Shown piece after piece: positions 50,083 to 64,000 of a stretch of 64,000 nucleotides of DNA. The first letter of the stretch is position 1, and the number at the start of each line of letters is the position of its first letter. The notes beneath the pieces were generated by a model. The model ran no database searches, had not been told where the DNA came from, and saw only the letters and a program-made list of their open reading frames with translations. Source of the DNA: Phoronis australis. Lineage: Eukaryota > Animalia > Phoronida. The stretch covers positions 144,355 through 208,354 of the forward strand of contig NMRA01000492.1 in the NCBI GenBank assembly GCA_002633005.1, given 5' to 3'. The translations under genes and the position numbers were made by a program.

Positions 50083-52222
50083 ATTGACGTTTAGCGGTCA
50101 AATGTCAAAATCACCATTGGTTTAAACCTGAAATTAAAAAAAGATATCTGTGTCACTGCCTGGTCGTACAATAGTAGAAAACGGGTGTTGGATTTACAAA
50201 GGAGTCCACTTGGTTTAAAATCCCCCCATGACCCACGACCAAATCACGCCGCCAGCTGCACAAAATGGAGTCACAAGTGTCAGTAGACCCCCACCTCCAC
50301 GTCAACAGTGTTCTTATGGACATTTATTGCAATATCGCTACCGTGTTCAAATACGATTACAGATTTTTCATGGTTTCACTCTCCGCATTGGACAACCTTG
50401 ACTTTCTGTCGTGATATTGAGAAATCTTGTGTTAAATTCACACGTACGAAAATCGCCATAGTTAAATAATAGTTTAATTTTAACACGTCAACGTTATGTT
50501 TTTAAACCCTAAAGAGTTTCGATTAAAAATTCAACACTGACAGCTGAGCAACGTCGATATGTCCCAGAAAAAAAATCAGAGACTCGTCAATGTGTACGTT
50601 ATTTGTACGCAGCGTAATCCAGATGAGGTTCAGGCGAATAGTTCTCTGTGAACATCGAGAATTTTTTTTATCATGTCGATGATAGACGGGAATTCGAGTG
50701 CATCATGCATCATTCTAACCAAAATTCAAAGAAATTCATTTACCGGAAAACACAACGTACGTACAAACGGCTAATTGGCAAAAATTAATAAACACATTCG
50801 TTGCTAATCAGTGTGCTAAAGCTGCGGATTATTTCTCAAACGCTTTCTCACGACAGGATCGTCATATATTGATGGTCATCTTAAAATAGTTTCGTCATGA
50901 ATTATCAATAAGATTCTCATAGGTCTTAAGCGTCGAGTTCTTAATGAGCAAATCCGTTTTGCGAGTTCTAATTTCCCTTAGAAACAAAGCAAATGGAAGG
51001 GTATTTAGATATCGACTAGCGTGAAAACAAATCGTGAGAAAACCGAGATATAAAACAAAAATGTCTCGCCACACTGTCACGATTTCTATCTCAAATAACC
51101 ACTAAATACATAACGTTTTAGCACGCGGCGTTCTTCTTTCCAAGATTCATTTCAGGGGACCTACAGTCACTGGAGTGGCTCGCCTGTTGGCGACGGGGGG
51201 AGGGGGACTGAACTGAATGGCGACCTTGGGGCAACTTGCAATGAACAGGGGTCCAATGAACGTCGAATGGGGGTTTTCTCTTATAAAGGAGACACGAACG
51301 TGAATGACTCCTAACACCTTTGATGTCTTTTGTTATACACGTATTTGCTGTAGACAAATTCTTTTATTAGGCTTAATCTCTGGCGTTATATTTTATAGTT
51401 TTTAATACCATAAGTTATTTCATTTGATAACACCTTGAACCGTTTTTTTTTTTTGCTTTTGTGGCGAGATTCGTTGCTGTAAGAAGGATTTACATGTATT
51501 CTAAATGAGTTTGATTTGGACTAGTTATTGGTGGATGTGGTTTTAGAATGAAAATGTTCTGATAATGTTAACGTTTCGCTCATAAAATGTTAGATACTCG
51601 TTCAAACGAATCTTTTTCTTATGTTGATATAAATATTTTGTTTTCACAACATAGTACATACATGTCATAAACAAAAGTTGGTTATAAGCCACGATTTTCA
51701 CTGCGAGCCACTGAAAAAGGAATGACTTCAAAGTATCTAAGATTATTTGAGGTACACGTTTGTACCTTGTATTATGCCCGCATGTTATTTGTCGTAGGCC
51801 CGAGGGAATGTTCGACCCAGTTATAGATGTTTAAAAGAGCGCGACTCAGTGCTTCTGCTGTAAAACGAGTTAACGCAAATCCAACATGTCTTCAAACGAT
51901 GTTCTTTCAATCTGACTTCAAACTTTTTAAATAAACGTAATATAAAATGAATTTTTTATTTTTGTGGTTCACGAACATGATCTACGGAGGCTTCGCTAGA
52001 AGCTCAATAAAACCACGCCGATTGAAGAGTAGGCCTAGACTCTTCCTGAAGTTATAAGCTTTTGAGTGACTAGAGGTATAAAACATACAATCCGAAGTTT
52101 TGATTTCGTTTCAAATCGCCAATTCTAGTCGATGTCAGACATTCGCCGAAGGCCGGCGATGACCACGAAAATATTGTCATTTTTTCGCCTGCTATTTCAC
52201 TACTCGTCAGCTGAGGTTTGTA

Positions 52223-52306
52223 CTCGCTGGTTCCCTGCGTGCCGCTAGGTGGGGCGGTAGCCGCGCCAGCACGCTGGCTGGGCTAAGCACGCAGGGAACC
52301 AGCGAG
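52223..52306. mobile_element. 84-bp hairpin MITE with 20-bp perfect TIR and 9-bp TSD
   Basis: AGGTTTGTA|CTCGCTGGTTCCCTGCGTGC...GCACGCAGGGAACCAGCGAG|AGGTTTGTA. Confidence 0.85.
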
Positions 52307-55300
52307 AGGTTTGTATGGAACGCGCCTATAGCGTCACCTTGTGACCAGTCATTTGGACTCGCCAGAATACTTAGGGCCGTCCCGGATTACACGGCGATAG
52401 AACTCTCCTTTGTCCCGGAGATGAGAAAACGCGTGACCTCATTTTGGAATCAGGCGCATTTCCGTGTCTCTCATTGATGTCGGGAAGGCGACGAGTTTCA
52501 GATCACGCATCCACGGGTATTGTCCAGTTTATCAAACTTTCTCACGTCGGAGTTGCAGTCCACAGCACAGCAGTATACTTCGTTGTCATTGGAAGGACGA
52601 ATACAGTGATGAAACCAAGGCAATCTTGCAAAAAATTGGACAACAACAAATAACATGTGAAACTCCAGTGGCACGAAACCTAGGCATCAAATGTGCTTGA
52701 CGGATGTTTACGGCACTGTAAGTAAATACACTGAGCGGGACGGCCCTAATAGACGCGTCAGATTTGGCTCAAAAAGTACTTCCTAAGCATGCCAAGTATC
52801 GCCCTATTTATGTTTGACTAATTAGACTTTTGTGGTCTCATCAGTATTGATGTTTGCTCCAATGTCAGTCAGTTTACGCGTCAACCGAGCTGACATCTGA
52901 CATGTTAAAACGGTCATCTGACCTCCCGCTTGGCACTTTGACCAATAAGGAACAAGTTTTCATGGACCCTCATGTTATTTGAAACAATCATTTCGCCGGG
53001 AAATGACACGAAAGTTTTGAATGAAACTCGCTGATTTCCAAGTCGTGAAAATATGATGGAGAGGGACAATAATGGACACGACGAAGACTTTTAAGACATT
53101 TATAACCTTAACATTTCTTCCAAAAACATTGACACGCGCCGACCGCGCTATTGACACGTCAGTGTATCAGAACTGACTCGTCACAAGGTGACGCTAGACG
53201 CGTTCGACAGGTTTCAGTTCGAACCCGCGTTGGCGGGCTGGTCTGATTTGGAGTCCGACGGAAGGAGGCAGGCAACCATTAAGTGAGACTGAATGATGAC
53301 AACGCCGGTTATCACTCCGCGATGACTCAATTTTAGTTCGGCCCCCTAGCGGTAAGGAAATGCAATTTTCATTGAAGCAAATTTTGTGTTTTACCGTGTG
53401 ACGCGGGCATCGCCTCAAGGTGGCAAATGTCAAAACCTGTGATTAGAGAGATATTGTAGTGAGCGTTTCGAGATTGCCAGTCACAAATTATTTGTCATAC
53501 AACGCCCTGTAGACAGCACGCATTCTTCTCCGAAATGAAAACCTCGGTTGTTTTCGGCCAGCTATGTGCAATAAAGTACTCCTGAAACCCCCAGCATTGA
53601 GTTTAGAGTTTGTTGAAACTGGACCTTCCGATTAGTTTTATTACCGCCTTATCCTGACGACATAAATTTACCACAGTAGCTATGAAAGGTTTATTATCCA
53701 GTGCAAGGATGCAATGTTGTAGGATGGCTGCATTATCCATTTGCCTATCATTACATCCGCGTGTACTTACGTGAACGCTATTGCTCATGTCGTCTAATGT
53801 TGTTCTAAGGTAAACTACTAACAAGACAATCTGCTGCTTCGATCACCCTCCTCAGGAATAAAAACGTGGATGCTTTCCAACGCCTGAGGTCAAAAAGAAC
53901 TGAAACCTTAGTAGAATGTAGATATATGATGGCAAATTTATTCCCAGCTCTATATGAGCGCCTAGTAAATTATACACCGGTAAGTAAACCGACGTGGGTG
54001 TGTTCATTTGGCAATGCTCAGTACAAAACAATTTTCTTCGAGTTCAGTGCCAATAGGTTGCTATTCGTGTGCGAAGGGTTTCTCGAATGTCTGGTTTTAA
54101 TGGCTTGAAAAGGATACTTGTTTATGACATGATTTAGTAAATTTTCATAAAAAAGGGAATGTAGAGAACTCGAAATGAAATTTCCCGAATACAGTTGAAC
54201 GAGGTTTAGCTAGTATGACCTAAGCACATACTATCTCAAAACTCGTATTCAATACATGACACACACCATACGGATATGCAGACTAGAGCCTACTCGTTGT
54301 TTACATATTCGTTGCTTCAAGCGACATTAAAACCTTCCTCTCTGTCAAAAATAAGGTTATGATTTTGGCCACTTAAATCGGTCTTGTTTTATTCCTTACT
54401 CAGTGATATTTCGAGTTGCAAAGAGCTAACAGTTCATTATTTCTTCAAATCAAGCTCGTGAAACGACGTGAACTGAAATTTTATGAGCCAGGCCCAGATG
54501 CAAAATAACGAACTGTCCCTTCTTTTTAATTCGACAAATCGCACTCCTTTTGACCAATAAGCAATTTGACAACAATGTCATAATGGTACGTGGCCCAAAT
54601 AAAAATTGTTTTTACCGGAAAGCAAAAGCTTTATACTGCTTTAACGTACATGTAGCAATGCAATTTTCAAAAGTCGATTTCAGCGCGTTTCTCAAAGTTT
54701 ATTTTCTTGTATTAACATTGTTTTCGTTCGTTTGACATCGGCATCCGGTACGCCTGATTTCATTATTATCGATTTTCGCCCGAGGATTAATCAAAGCTTC
54801 AAACAAAATCTTTATGTTATCAATCTACGCAGCAATCTAGGAAACAACAGAAAATTTGACCCGCTTGTCCTCGTCAGAGAATTCTCTGTTAAGTGTTATC
54901 GCGCCAATTTTTCTCCCATCTTGTCTTGTTATTGGAGAAGTTCCATTAGTTATAAATTGCTATTGGTATATCAATATCGAGTGTTGTTCAGGCTCTATCT
55001 TACCCTATGAGGACAAACAATATGTCAGGAAGTATGGCATATGAGTGATTTTCAGCCTTGGAATTGAAAATAGTCCTTGATTATTAGGAGGAATTTTGAA
55101 ATACATGTAATAGATCATGCCACGTCATAGAAAGGAACTGTTCATTTATATTTTAGTTTCGAGTTTTGCCATCCTAAGCATAAATACATGATTGCACACC
55201 AACACGAACTCACATTATGTTAAGCATGATAATGGCGGAAAGATGACAATTTGTTTCAGTGGAAATCTCAAAACAAAAGGGAAACATTGTTGAGCAGTGT

Positions 55301-55483
55301 CGATGAAGTAAAACGATACACCTTATTTGACAAATTATAACAGACATTTCAATGGCAAATGATTTTTTCTTTCATTTTTGCTTTGCAACTTAAGTCTAGT
55401 GCAATCTGACAAAATGCCTTCTGAATACGCTTACCAGGTATGTGACGACATCAGAAGGGGGTAATTATTCGAATAAAATTCAA

Positions 55484-55572
55484 ATGTCAAAATTATGTAT
55501 AGTTATAATCACTAAGAGCTTTGAAACTTATTATTATGTCAAAATTATGTATAGTTATAATTACTAAGAGCT
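55484..55572. repeat. Local tandem duplication of a 37-bp unit
   Basis: ATGTCAAAATTATGTATAGTTATAAT[C/T]ACTAAGAGCT at 55484 and 55536. Confidence 0.85.
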
Positions 55573-57727
55573 AATTGAAAATTATTTTCGAATTGTGGAC
55601 CTGGCCACTCCCTACTGGTGGGCCGGGTGCACCGCTTTCGGCGCGCACTGATTAATCCAAACACAGCTTCAAGTACTAAAATTGTCCCTTGGTTACCTTG
55701 AATGGGAATATATCCTGCGCAGTTACTGGCAGTGTGATGTGACTGTAAATTTTTATTGCTGACACGTCATCACTAAACATCATACCGAATAAAGAAAGGT
55801 ATCTGGTTACGAAATATCTACAACTTTTGCTTAGTTCATATCGAAAAAGTATACCACGTTAATTAGATTTCAGCGATTTCTCGACTATACATGCCCAACC
55901 TTCTGGTCAAAGCGTGACTAATCCCCAGGGAGTTTCCGACGGGGATGCCTCAGGGAAATTAGGATATCCGTCCCTTTAGAGAGAGAACTGTTAAAAGAAT
56001 AAAACGATCCATTTGAAAGTCGTTTTCATGAAAAAGTCACACGCATGGGGTTTTATTCCAGAAGCTTTATGTTTTGTAGGGGATAATTCTAAAAAGCTAA
56101 ACCTTTTAGAGAATCTTTGGCAGATGAGTTTTTAAACCATTCATCCTGAGAAGTGATGCCGTGTTGTCGGAAATAAGTACTATTAAACACATTCATTGTA
56201 TTAAAATGTTTTCTGTTGATTTGTGTAGTTGGAAAGAGGAACAGTTTCTGTCAAAGTGAATTCTTTTGTTGGGGATGTTAACGGAAATGGCATCCTTTCA
56301 TGAGGTAACGGGTCGTGAAAAAGTCAACCTTCAGAGCGGCTCGCCTTGTGTTGCTCTCCTATGAGAGCACTCCCTGGGTTATTCCCTTGTTTACATTTGC
56401 CTCTGACCCGTACCAAACTACACGTACCACATGTGCGATAGCAGTGAAACGAGGAAAAAGTGATACTTAGCAATTTAAAAGCGATACTCACCGATACTTG
56501 TGGTTTTGACTAATTAAGACTATGTCAGCTAGAGTCAAAACGAAAGACCCAGAGCAGAAGTAGCTTTTCATTAGTGTAATATCTTCTTGCGCTTTTTTCC
56601 AATTAACAATCAAACACCTGTGCCGCAAAAGGAAATCAGTTGTTTGTAAAAACGAGATTGCGATGACATTAAAACGCGAATATGGATGAGCAGCTGAAGC
56701 AGTCATGATACATGTAATCCAGTCTTCTCTGCTTCGTTACGAGAACAAAATGCAAGCATATGCAATGAAGTTGAGTGGGTAAAAGTTATTGAGTGCAATC
56801 AGTTGTTCAAGCAAAAGTAGACAAGACCAGTGAACTAGGAAGTGTGTCCCGGCGGGAGACAAGGTAACCACGTACACGGATTTCAGTAAGAAATCAGCTT
56901 TTCGGTGAAAAGGGTCAACTTATACCCCATTCCCACAAAGTAATTTCGCTCGTGCAGTAAACGAACTGTTGTAATGGTCACTTTAGCTAACGCATTGCTG
57001 ACGCTTGAAAGGTGCTTTGTTGACCATTAACACTAATGGTGTTTTTTGCAAGAACTTTTGTAGTCTCTCGGCTTCAAAATCAACAGAAACCCGTACGAAA
57101 GGAAAAAGCATTTACATTAATCGAAGACATGATAGTTGCAGGATGCAGACGTGACGTCGTATTCTGGGGTACGAGAAAACTGTAAACTACTGAGCACATC
57201 TGTCCCAACTCTACTGTAAATAGCTTAGATGGGCATTACGTCATAACAAATTACTCCGAGAGATTGTCCTCAGCCGGCCCGCAGTCGATCGCAGATGAAG
57301 ACCTGGGTTAGACGAGGACCACGACCGACTGACATTTACTGTGATACAAGCTCCAAGCCAGTTTTATCAAAGCTCGTACGCACGGTCGTAGCTTAATCGT
57401 AAGCAAGTTAATGCGAACGCGATGCTGAATGTTTTATAAGAATCTAAAGTTTCCAAGCGACGTTAATTCGATAATTTGTCACCGTCGTCCTTTCGAGCCA
57501 ATGGACTGCGTGCAAATCAAAATCGAAGTTACGAGCGCCGTAGGTAGAAGACCGGACACAAGAGCACTCTACAGATTATCGACGACACGCGGGACCCTAG
57601 CCAGGTCGAGATATGGAGCTGGATTAGTTGAGTCATCAGAACACTTCAAACAATTTAAGGACACTGCCCCATACCCAGCTCAAGCTAAAAGCTAGGTTGA
57701 ATGCTTCACCGACTTGAAGGCTGCAAA

Positions 57728-58102
57728 CCCGAGGGGTATTCCCATGTATATAAGAAGTATACGGTACATGTAGCTCAGAAGGGGAATTTTTCACGACCAA
57801 CTCCTTGCTTTGATTGCTACTTATCTACTCATCTCACCTTATACTTCATCTGTTGATTAAAAATTCAGCTACCCAAGAATCTATACGAAACATAGCATTG
57901 ATGGAATTGCCCCCTACAAATTAAAGAACGCCCTCTTGCTTGCGGAAATAAACATCATAAAGGGTGATTTTTAATGGAAGTTCCCTACAAATGAGTCCCG
58001 TTTTAGCCCACTCTCCAAAGGGGTGTGTATCCTTTTTTCCAGCAATGCATCTCGTCAAAATATTCAGTAGTCGAATACACCTCCCCCCCCCCTCCTCCCA
58101 GG
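57728..58102. mobile_element. Probable old non-autonomous DNA transposon with CCC..GGG-type ends
   Basis: CCCGAGGGGTATTC start and GAATACACCTCCCCCCCCCCTCCTCCCAGG end form a degenerate inverted pair; no clear TSD. Confidence 0.35.
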
Positions 58103-61100
58103 ATCTTGCAATGTAGGGTTAGGACAGACTAGTCGGGTTTAGACAGACTATGAACACATCCATAATTTCTTAGACATTACCAAGCAGATTGTCAACAACG
58201 GTATACCGGCTTCAACGATCCCAAAAGGTCGTGTAAGTCTCTTGAATAAACAACCATCCCCAGTATAATGAACACGCAAATCACCATTCTCCTCACTGAT
58301 CCGACTGGCTGTTACCGAGTTCGTTGTTCGTCTTAATAGTGAAGTTAAAAACGAGATTAGACAATGCTGTCGTAACAGCATCTTTAAGATGACCGCATAT
58401 TTCTGTCTTCTTATAATGTCAATGTTGTAATAAAATACAAATTTCAGTTATCTACTATCCACCGATACTGTACGTCAAACATTCAACTGTAGCCTCAAAC
58501 AACAATAAACATTGCTCTTCAAAAAGACCTAATGTCCTATATTTTTAAAATTCATTTACAATTTAATTTATCAGACTTGCCACCTATACTGATCAGTCGA
58601 GTATATAAAACAAGGCATCTTACGCGCTACTGGAGGTGAGAGAGCACAGCGTGAATAGACAGCCAACTATAAACCTGAAAACTTCCTTGTTCGAACACTA
58701 ATTAAACAGTTAAAGGCTTGGCAAAAGATTGAGCATGAAAGTATCTAGTGATAAAGGTTTAGTACTTCGTAACAAATAACCTCTATGAGTAACTAAAAGC
58801 GACTGATGTGCAGTACTATGAATCAGCCGAAGGTAGATGAAATGGCCAACAATATTTCAACCCAATTGAAAGCACAAAACAGCTGTTGGTATCTGAAACA
58901 TTCTAGATTTCAAGGCGCATAAAAGTTTAGTGGCGTCAAAAATCACCGACTGAACTGTCAGTGATGGTAAACACAGGGTGTCGATCATATCGGGTTATGC
59001 TAACAATTACAGACACATTTATATTCATAGTTACCTGAATCAGGTTTATTCCACATACGTGTTCGTAGACGGCAGTGAGATTGCTCGGCGTATCAAACAC
59101 ACAGAGTACCATCCGACCTCAGGTGATCATGCTAGTTACTTGATACCACGCATAACTTACATGTCGACCGCAGCACTCCACGACTATCGCTAATATCCGC
59201 TCAGCCAACTGTCGCTAGAAATGTTCACAACTTCGCGACATTAGCAACCGTGCCTTGTATTCGGCGTTCTGTACGACAATGCCCCCAGCGCTCGCCAGCT
59301 GGTTATGCAGAATGTGTGTTATGAAGTGAAATTAGAAAAGAATGGAATGGCAGATTCCGAGAAAGGTCATGTATGGCGGTCGCGGTAATTGTTTACCGAG
59401 CGTTTTTTGTGAGCCCTCATTAATGAGTTCAGAAAATTAGAACCTATTTCAGTCGTGTAGGCTTACAATCAAACTTGACTGCTATATTGATTCCAAACAA
59501 AGTTTCAAATGCTTCAAATGAAGAAATTATGAGCAAGTGATTAAAAAGACAAGGGCTGGTCGTTTCTCAGTCATGTGTCTACACATACTTTCGGTGTCCG
59601 TGATCTCTGTGTGCTCGTTTTGTGTTACAATTCTTTTTTAACATTGTAAGCAAAGCAAATTTAGTCGCCAATTTAATTTTCAAGACAAATTTAGAATACT
59701 TCTTAAATTTCTAACAATTTTAATTGCGTTTCGTCCTGTTATGTTGCACAGTACCCAGTGTGTTACGAACAATACATTTCTATGTAGACTTGCTGTCCAG
59801 CAAAAAGTTGTGTTGTAACTTTAAAGCGAACAGATAAATCAGAGATTAGGCAGCACAACAAACGCATGTGTCATGCACAATACGTTGCTATATTGACTTT
59901 TTCTCCGACATAAACGCTTCGTTAACGGAATGAAGACGCATTGTCGGATGATACAATTTCGCTCATCCGTTTGTTTTTAGCTTTGTAAGTATTTCGCGTT
60001 AGCATTTGTAAAAGATTTGTTCAAGTTCCTGCATGCAAAGGAAATGATTGAGCACGTGCGCCCATGCTGATGAACAGCGCACAATATATTGGAAAGACTT
60101 CCTTCATTAATTACAAGAACTAATTACCCAAATTACTCTAGATCTACGTCAGCACAACGGAGATTGCACTTCTCAACTGCTTGGTTTTACGGCTGCATCG
60201 TGTTGCGTAATTACAACACACAACGCAATAATCTGCAATAGCATCAACGAGCCGGCAACTTTGATGGAAAAAGCAATGACTAAATTGCAGACTTCCTACA
60301 GTTTCCTGAACAGGTGAAGCGGACAGGAAATATCTGCCAAAATTATGCTAAGCAGCGTGCTCTCTGTTTTTATTATTTTGGTTGGCTGTCTCTTATCGGC
60401 TTTCTACAATAAAGGGTGCGGAAGACCGGGCAGAGAGTAGTACTACAACGAGAACAGTTTTGTTTTCAGCTGGGGAGTTGCATTCTGAGCCCTTATTTGT
60501 GATCCGGAAGTGAAATTTAAATTTTCCAAGGCTCACAAGACTATAATATGTATCGTTGGCCGTAAATGGAAAAGAGTGTCTCCTGCAAAGGAATGTGGTA
60601 AATTCCAGACGTAACGTGCTGCTGACACTCATTAATTACCTTCATAATTTAATCTCGTTGTCAACGACGTGGCTTGACTGTTTGGCAGATCTCCCGTCAG
60701 TGCTGCGAATTTACTACGAAATATCATCAGCGCAGTACACGCGGACAGCGAGGCCTTAAGGTGTTGCGTCACACATCAATACGAAATTAAAAGTAAGACA
60801 CAATTGTTGTGATGAGGGAATCAATCTGTATCCTTGTTGGGACTGTTAGCTTTCGTTGCTAAGTTACTGGACATTATATACATGGCCAATAATTAGTCGG
60901 AACAGATCGGAGCCGTCTAGTCTGCATAAATCTTACCCTCAGATGCAGCGCCACCCATACTGAAAAGTGGCCCTGTGGAGAGACATGATGAACGACACAC
61001 GGAATTCCGTTTGTGGGCATCAATGCGCATGCCTTGGTCGGAAGTATATCGATCACATCACTTGGCACTTGCACACGCCTTTATGCACTGTACTTATTTG

Positions 61101-63968
61101 GGCTTAAACTACTTTAGCATTTTTTAAAACATGACATTTCTTCCCCTCCGCGAATTTTCGTACACTTTACTTTCAATTTTAAATATTTTTTCTTACAGAT
61201 TCACTTCAAAATCAGTCAAGTGTAGGCACAAAAACGAGTTTTAGTGGTTCGCGGTAAATGGCGTTTTCCAATCAACTAACCGACACTCGGGGCTACCATT
61301 AGATAAAGAAATTGCATTGATGATATGCGCGTATTTATTTCTGCTCTTCAACTCAACCAAATGATTTCCGAATTTACGCATCAACAGCGTACCGTATATA
61401 GTAACCCGTAAACTATTTATGTTGTTTTCTTTGTTAAAAAGACATTTCACTTACAATATCTTTGTATCTATATTTGTAATTTGGTGTTTAATTTGTATGG
61501 TTCATGTATATGTATTGATATCTTCATTTCATAACCTTGTAAATCTTTACCGCCCGTATATAACGATAAAATTATCAAACCATGGAAACATATCCAGTAC
61601 CATGTAACTACCAGCAGAGTGAACATCGTCATAAAAATCGAATCCTCATCAATCTTGCTGGATAAATTTTTCAAAACAAACAAGACTAGTAAAAAGCTGA
61701 TGCTTGTTAGGAATTCTGTGCAGCCATAAAACAACTGAAGGATCCAAATGAGATGTTCTCAGCACCGCCGGTGTGCCCGCAACATTTCAACGTAGTTACA
61801 TACGAAACAACTGGATTAACCAAATAATACAAAGCGCTGCCCTTGCTATACCCTTAGCGTTTATCGCAAAATAGACAGGCATTTTAAGTCTGGTCTACAC
61901 GCCACCTGTTGGCCGCATCAATGACTTAAAAATGTTTACAATCTATATTTCCAAGCCGATTAAGGTCTACATATCTATGAGCACTTATAACATAACAGCC
62001 ATAGAGTAAAAATCAGGCTATGGATTTGGGGAGGAAATCTAGTCCCTCTCACTGTTATACCACTACATAGAATTCAAAACAGACATTTACTTTTGGCGTA
62101 GTTTTGTTTGTTTTGGAAGTTTTGTTACGGCAAAACTTACGTGTTCCAATAAGACTTCAACACAGTAAACATAACGTTTTTGAAAATGTGACAAGCAAAA
62201 TGGGACAACAAGTCACTAGGTGAGAAATTGTTGTAAGATTGCAGACTGAAAAGATTCTGAAGCATCTAATTATACGATATGTATAAACATGCACACATGC
62301 TTTCCGTTGCCCACCCAGCAGTCTTCCAAAGGCAAACTCCATTGTTTAGTCTCGGTCGTTGCAATCCCACGCTTACTATGCGAGTTATATTTAGCTTCTT
62401 CAATACCAGCAACTTGCATCGTAGTCTTAGCTCATCTGCTAAGAGCAAGTTTTTATGGTTTATCATAACTAATAAACAAGTTCTCAAGTTCTCATCCAAC
62501 AGTGGCTGTGTGCAAGGGACATTCTCGTCCCAAATCTTATACACACAGAGACTCCTATCGGTATAATACATTGTACATGTCATGACGGTGTTCGATCTAT
62601 CTCAATGACGCTGCCTTGTTAATCCAAAGTAATACCGAATGAACGACTCAACATCCTTATTCGGCATACCCTCGTAGGGTTAATAACCTTATAGTACTAA
62701 GAGTGTGAACGACTCGTTTCCGTTAATTTAACTACAATTTTACATCTTAACAAAATTATTTGTTCTATTTACATGTGACCACACAGTAGCTTAGAAACAT
62801 TCTCCGTATTAATTTATCTTGGCTTCAGATTTAAAACTCCAGTCTACAGTAAAACCGTCTAGAGTCGAGAATCGTGCAAAGCTGACAAAGCACTGTATGC
62901 TGATTTGAAAGTCTCATAACTATATCTTGTGTTCTAACATTCGATGAGAAATTGTACAACAATACCTATACCGACTTAATAAAGTATTCTTCATCTTTCA
63001 CACAACAAATTCACTCGTTGATGTGAGCTATACACTGTTTCTAGGTAGGTCATTGGGTTGTCTTTGTGGTGCTGAAGTTTGGGGAGACTATTTCTGGTAT
63101 GCTGTTCCATTGCTTGACAGTGGCGTATAAAAGTAAAGGTGGCTATAACTTTTGCGAGGCCATTAGAAATTCTAGTGATGATGTGGGTAGCAATGCATCC
63201 AAGGTATTGCATAAGGAACGGGTTTCAACAGATACTGCGAGTCAGGCGTGACTTCGGGAGGTCAACTGTATTCGACCAGTGCTGGGCAATAACTTTACTC
63301 AAGAGAACTCTGCTCCCGCAGTATGTGGTCTACACGATTGGTGAACGAGAAACCGGTTATTTTATTTGGATATCTTTGTAAATTTCCTTTAATGATAAGT
63401 TAAACCAGGTTGCCATGCCCAACATATGTAGTTTTCGCGGCATAAAATAAAAACGGAAACAAGTCTCTTTTTGGTGTCTAGCTCTAATGCATCATACTGT
63501 CTATGCACAATTTTAATCCGGAGTTCGCCAGTTTATTAGCAATTATTTCACCAGAGACGGATTTGTCCAGTTCAATTCGCTGACATTCGGCCGTTTTCAC
63601 AAACTTAGTAAAGGATGCCTACAGATGTTTGAACAATTACAAGCTATTTCTAAGTTCAGTATTAAAAAGTACGTAATTTTGTCTCCTCGTGTTGCTCCCT
63701 CTCGAACTGCACGGGCGTTCTCGATTTTGGCAGTTTGTGCCAATCCGTCAAAAATTGGGCAGCTGCAATTCAATGTCAAATAACCATTCAGTTGCTTTTA
63801 AAGGTAGATATTTATTGTTTGCATGGCAAGGCAAACGTAAATAACATTTGCTGAAAGTTAATTTCGTAATTTCCATTTTACTTCCCCACTTTGGGAACGG
63901 AGTGTACCTTTAACGCTCAAAATAATCAACACATTTCTAGAATAGTGAACCACTGATTAAAACATCCG

Positions 63969-64000
63969 CAGTGGCGGATCTACGGGGGGGGTTCAGGGGG
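63969..64000. mobile_element. Probable start of a MITE truncated by the window edge
   Basis: CAGTGGCGGATCTACGGGGGGGG resembles a common invertebrate MITE terminus; other end not visible. Confidence 0.35.

Noticed and set aside
56490-61074. Candidate minus-strand 5'UTR exons of the KCNE-like gene (donor-like sites near 56490 and 60937)
   Set aside because: Splice-like motifs alone are insufficient without transcript data
50200-63960. Numerous 60-105 aa ORFs
   Set aside because: No domain similarity, codon bias or exon chain; consistent with random ORFs in AT-rich non-coding DNA

Overview
Eukaryotic (invertebrate metazoan-type) genomic DNA; most ORFs in the track are spurious. The main feature is a + strand, multi-exon protein 4.1 / coracle (EPB41-family) gene, ~8.9-45.2 kb, which I reconstructed by hand from GT-AG exons with consistent phases. 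It encodes a FERM domain, an FA domain, a modular middle region of phase-0 exons and two tandem-duplicated alternative 3' ends. One middle exon is 579 nt and encodes an unusual 15-aa W-x-x-L-[ST]-P-E-E-R repeat. Each 3' end carries its own 4.1 C-terminal domain, stop codon, 3'UTR exon and poly(A) signal, and homologous blocks survive in both UTRs. Downstream is an internally deleted Kolobok DNA transposon (TTAA TSD, 158-bp TIRs, THAP transposase remnant plus antisense KolX/P2X7-ballast-like remnant). After it comes a convergent minus-strand, single-coding-exon gene for a 129-aa glycosylated single-pass membrane protein with KCNE-like features. Several MITEs and minisatellites are also present. 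The last ~14 kb has no supportable coding gene.
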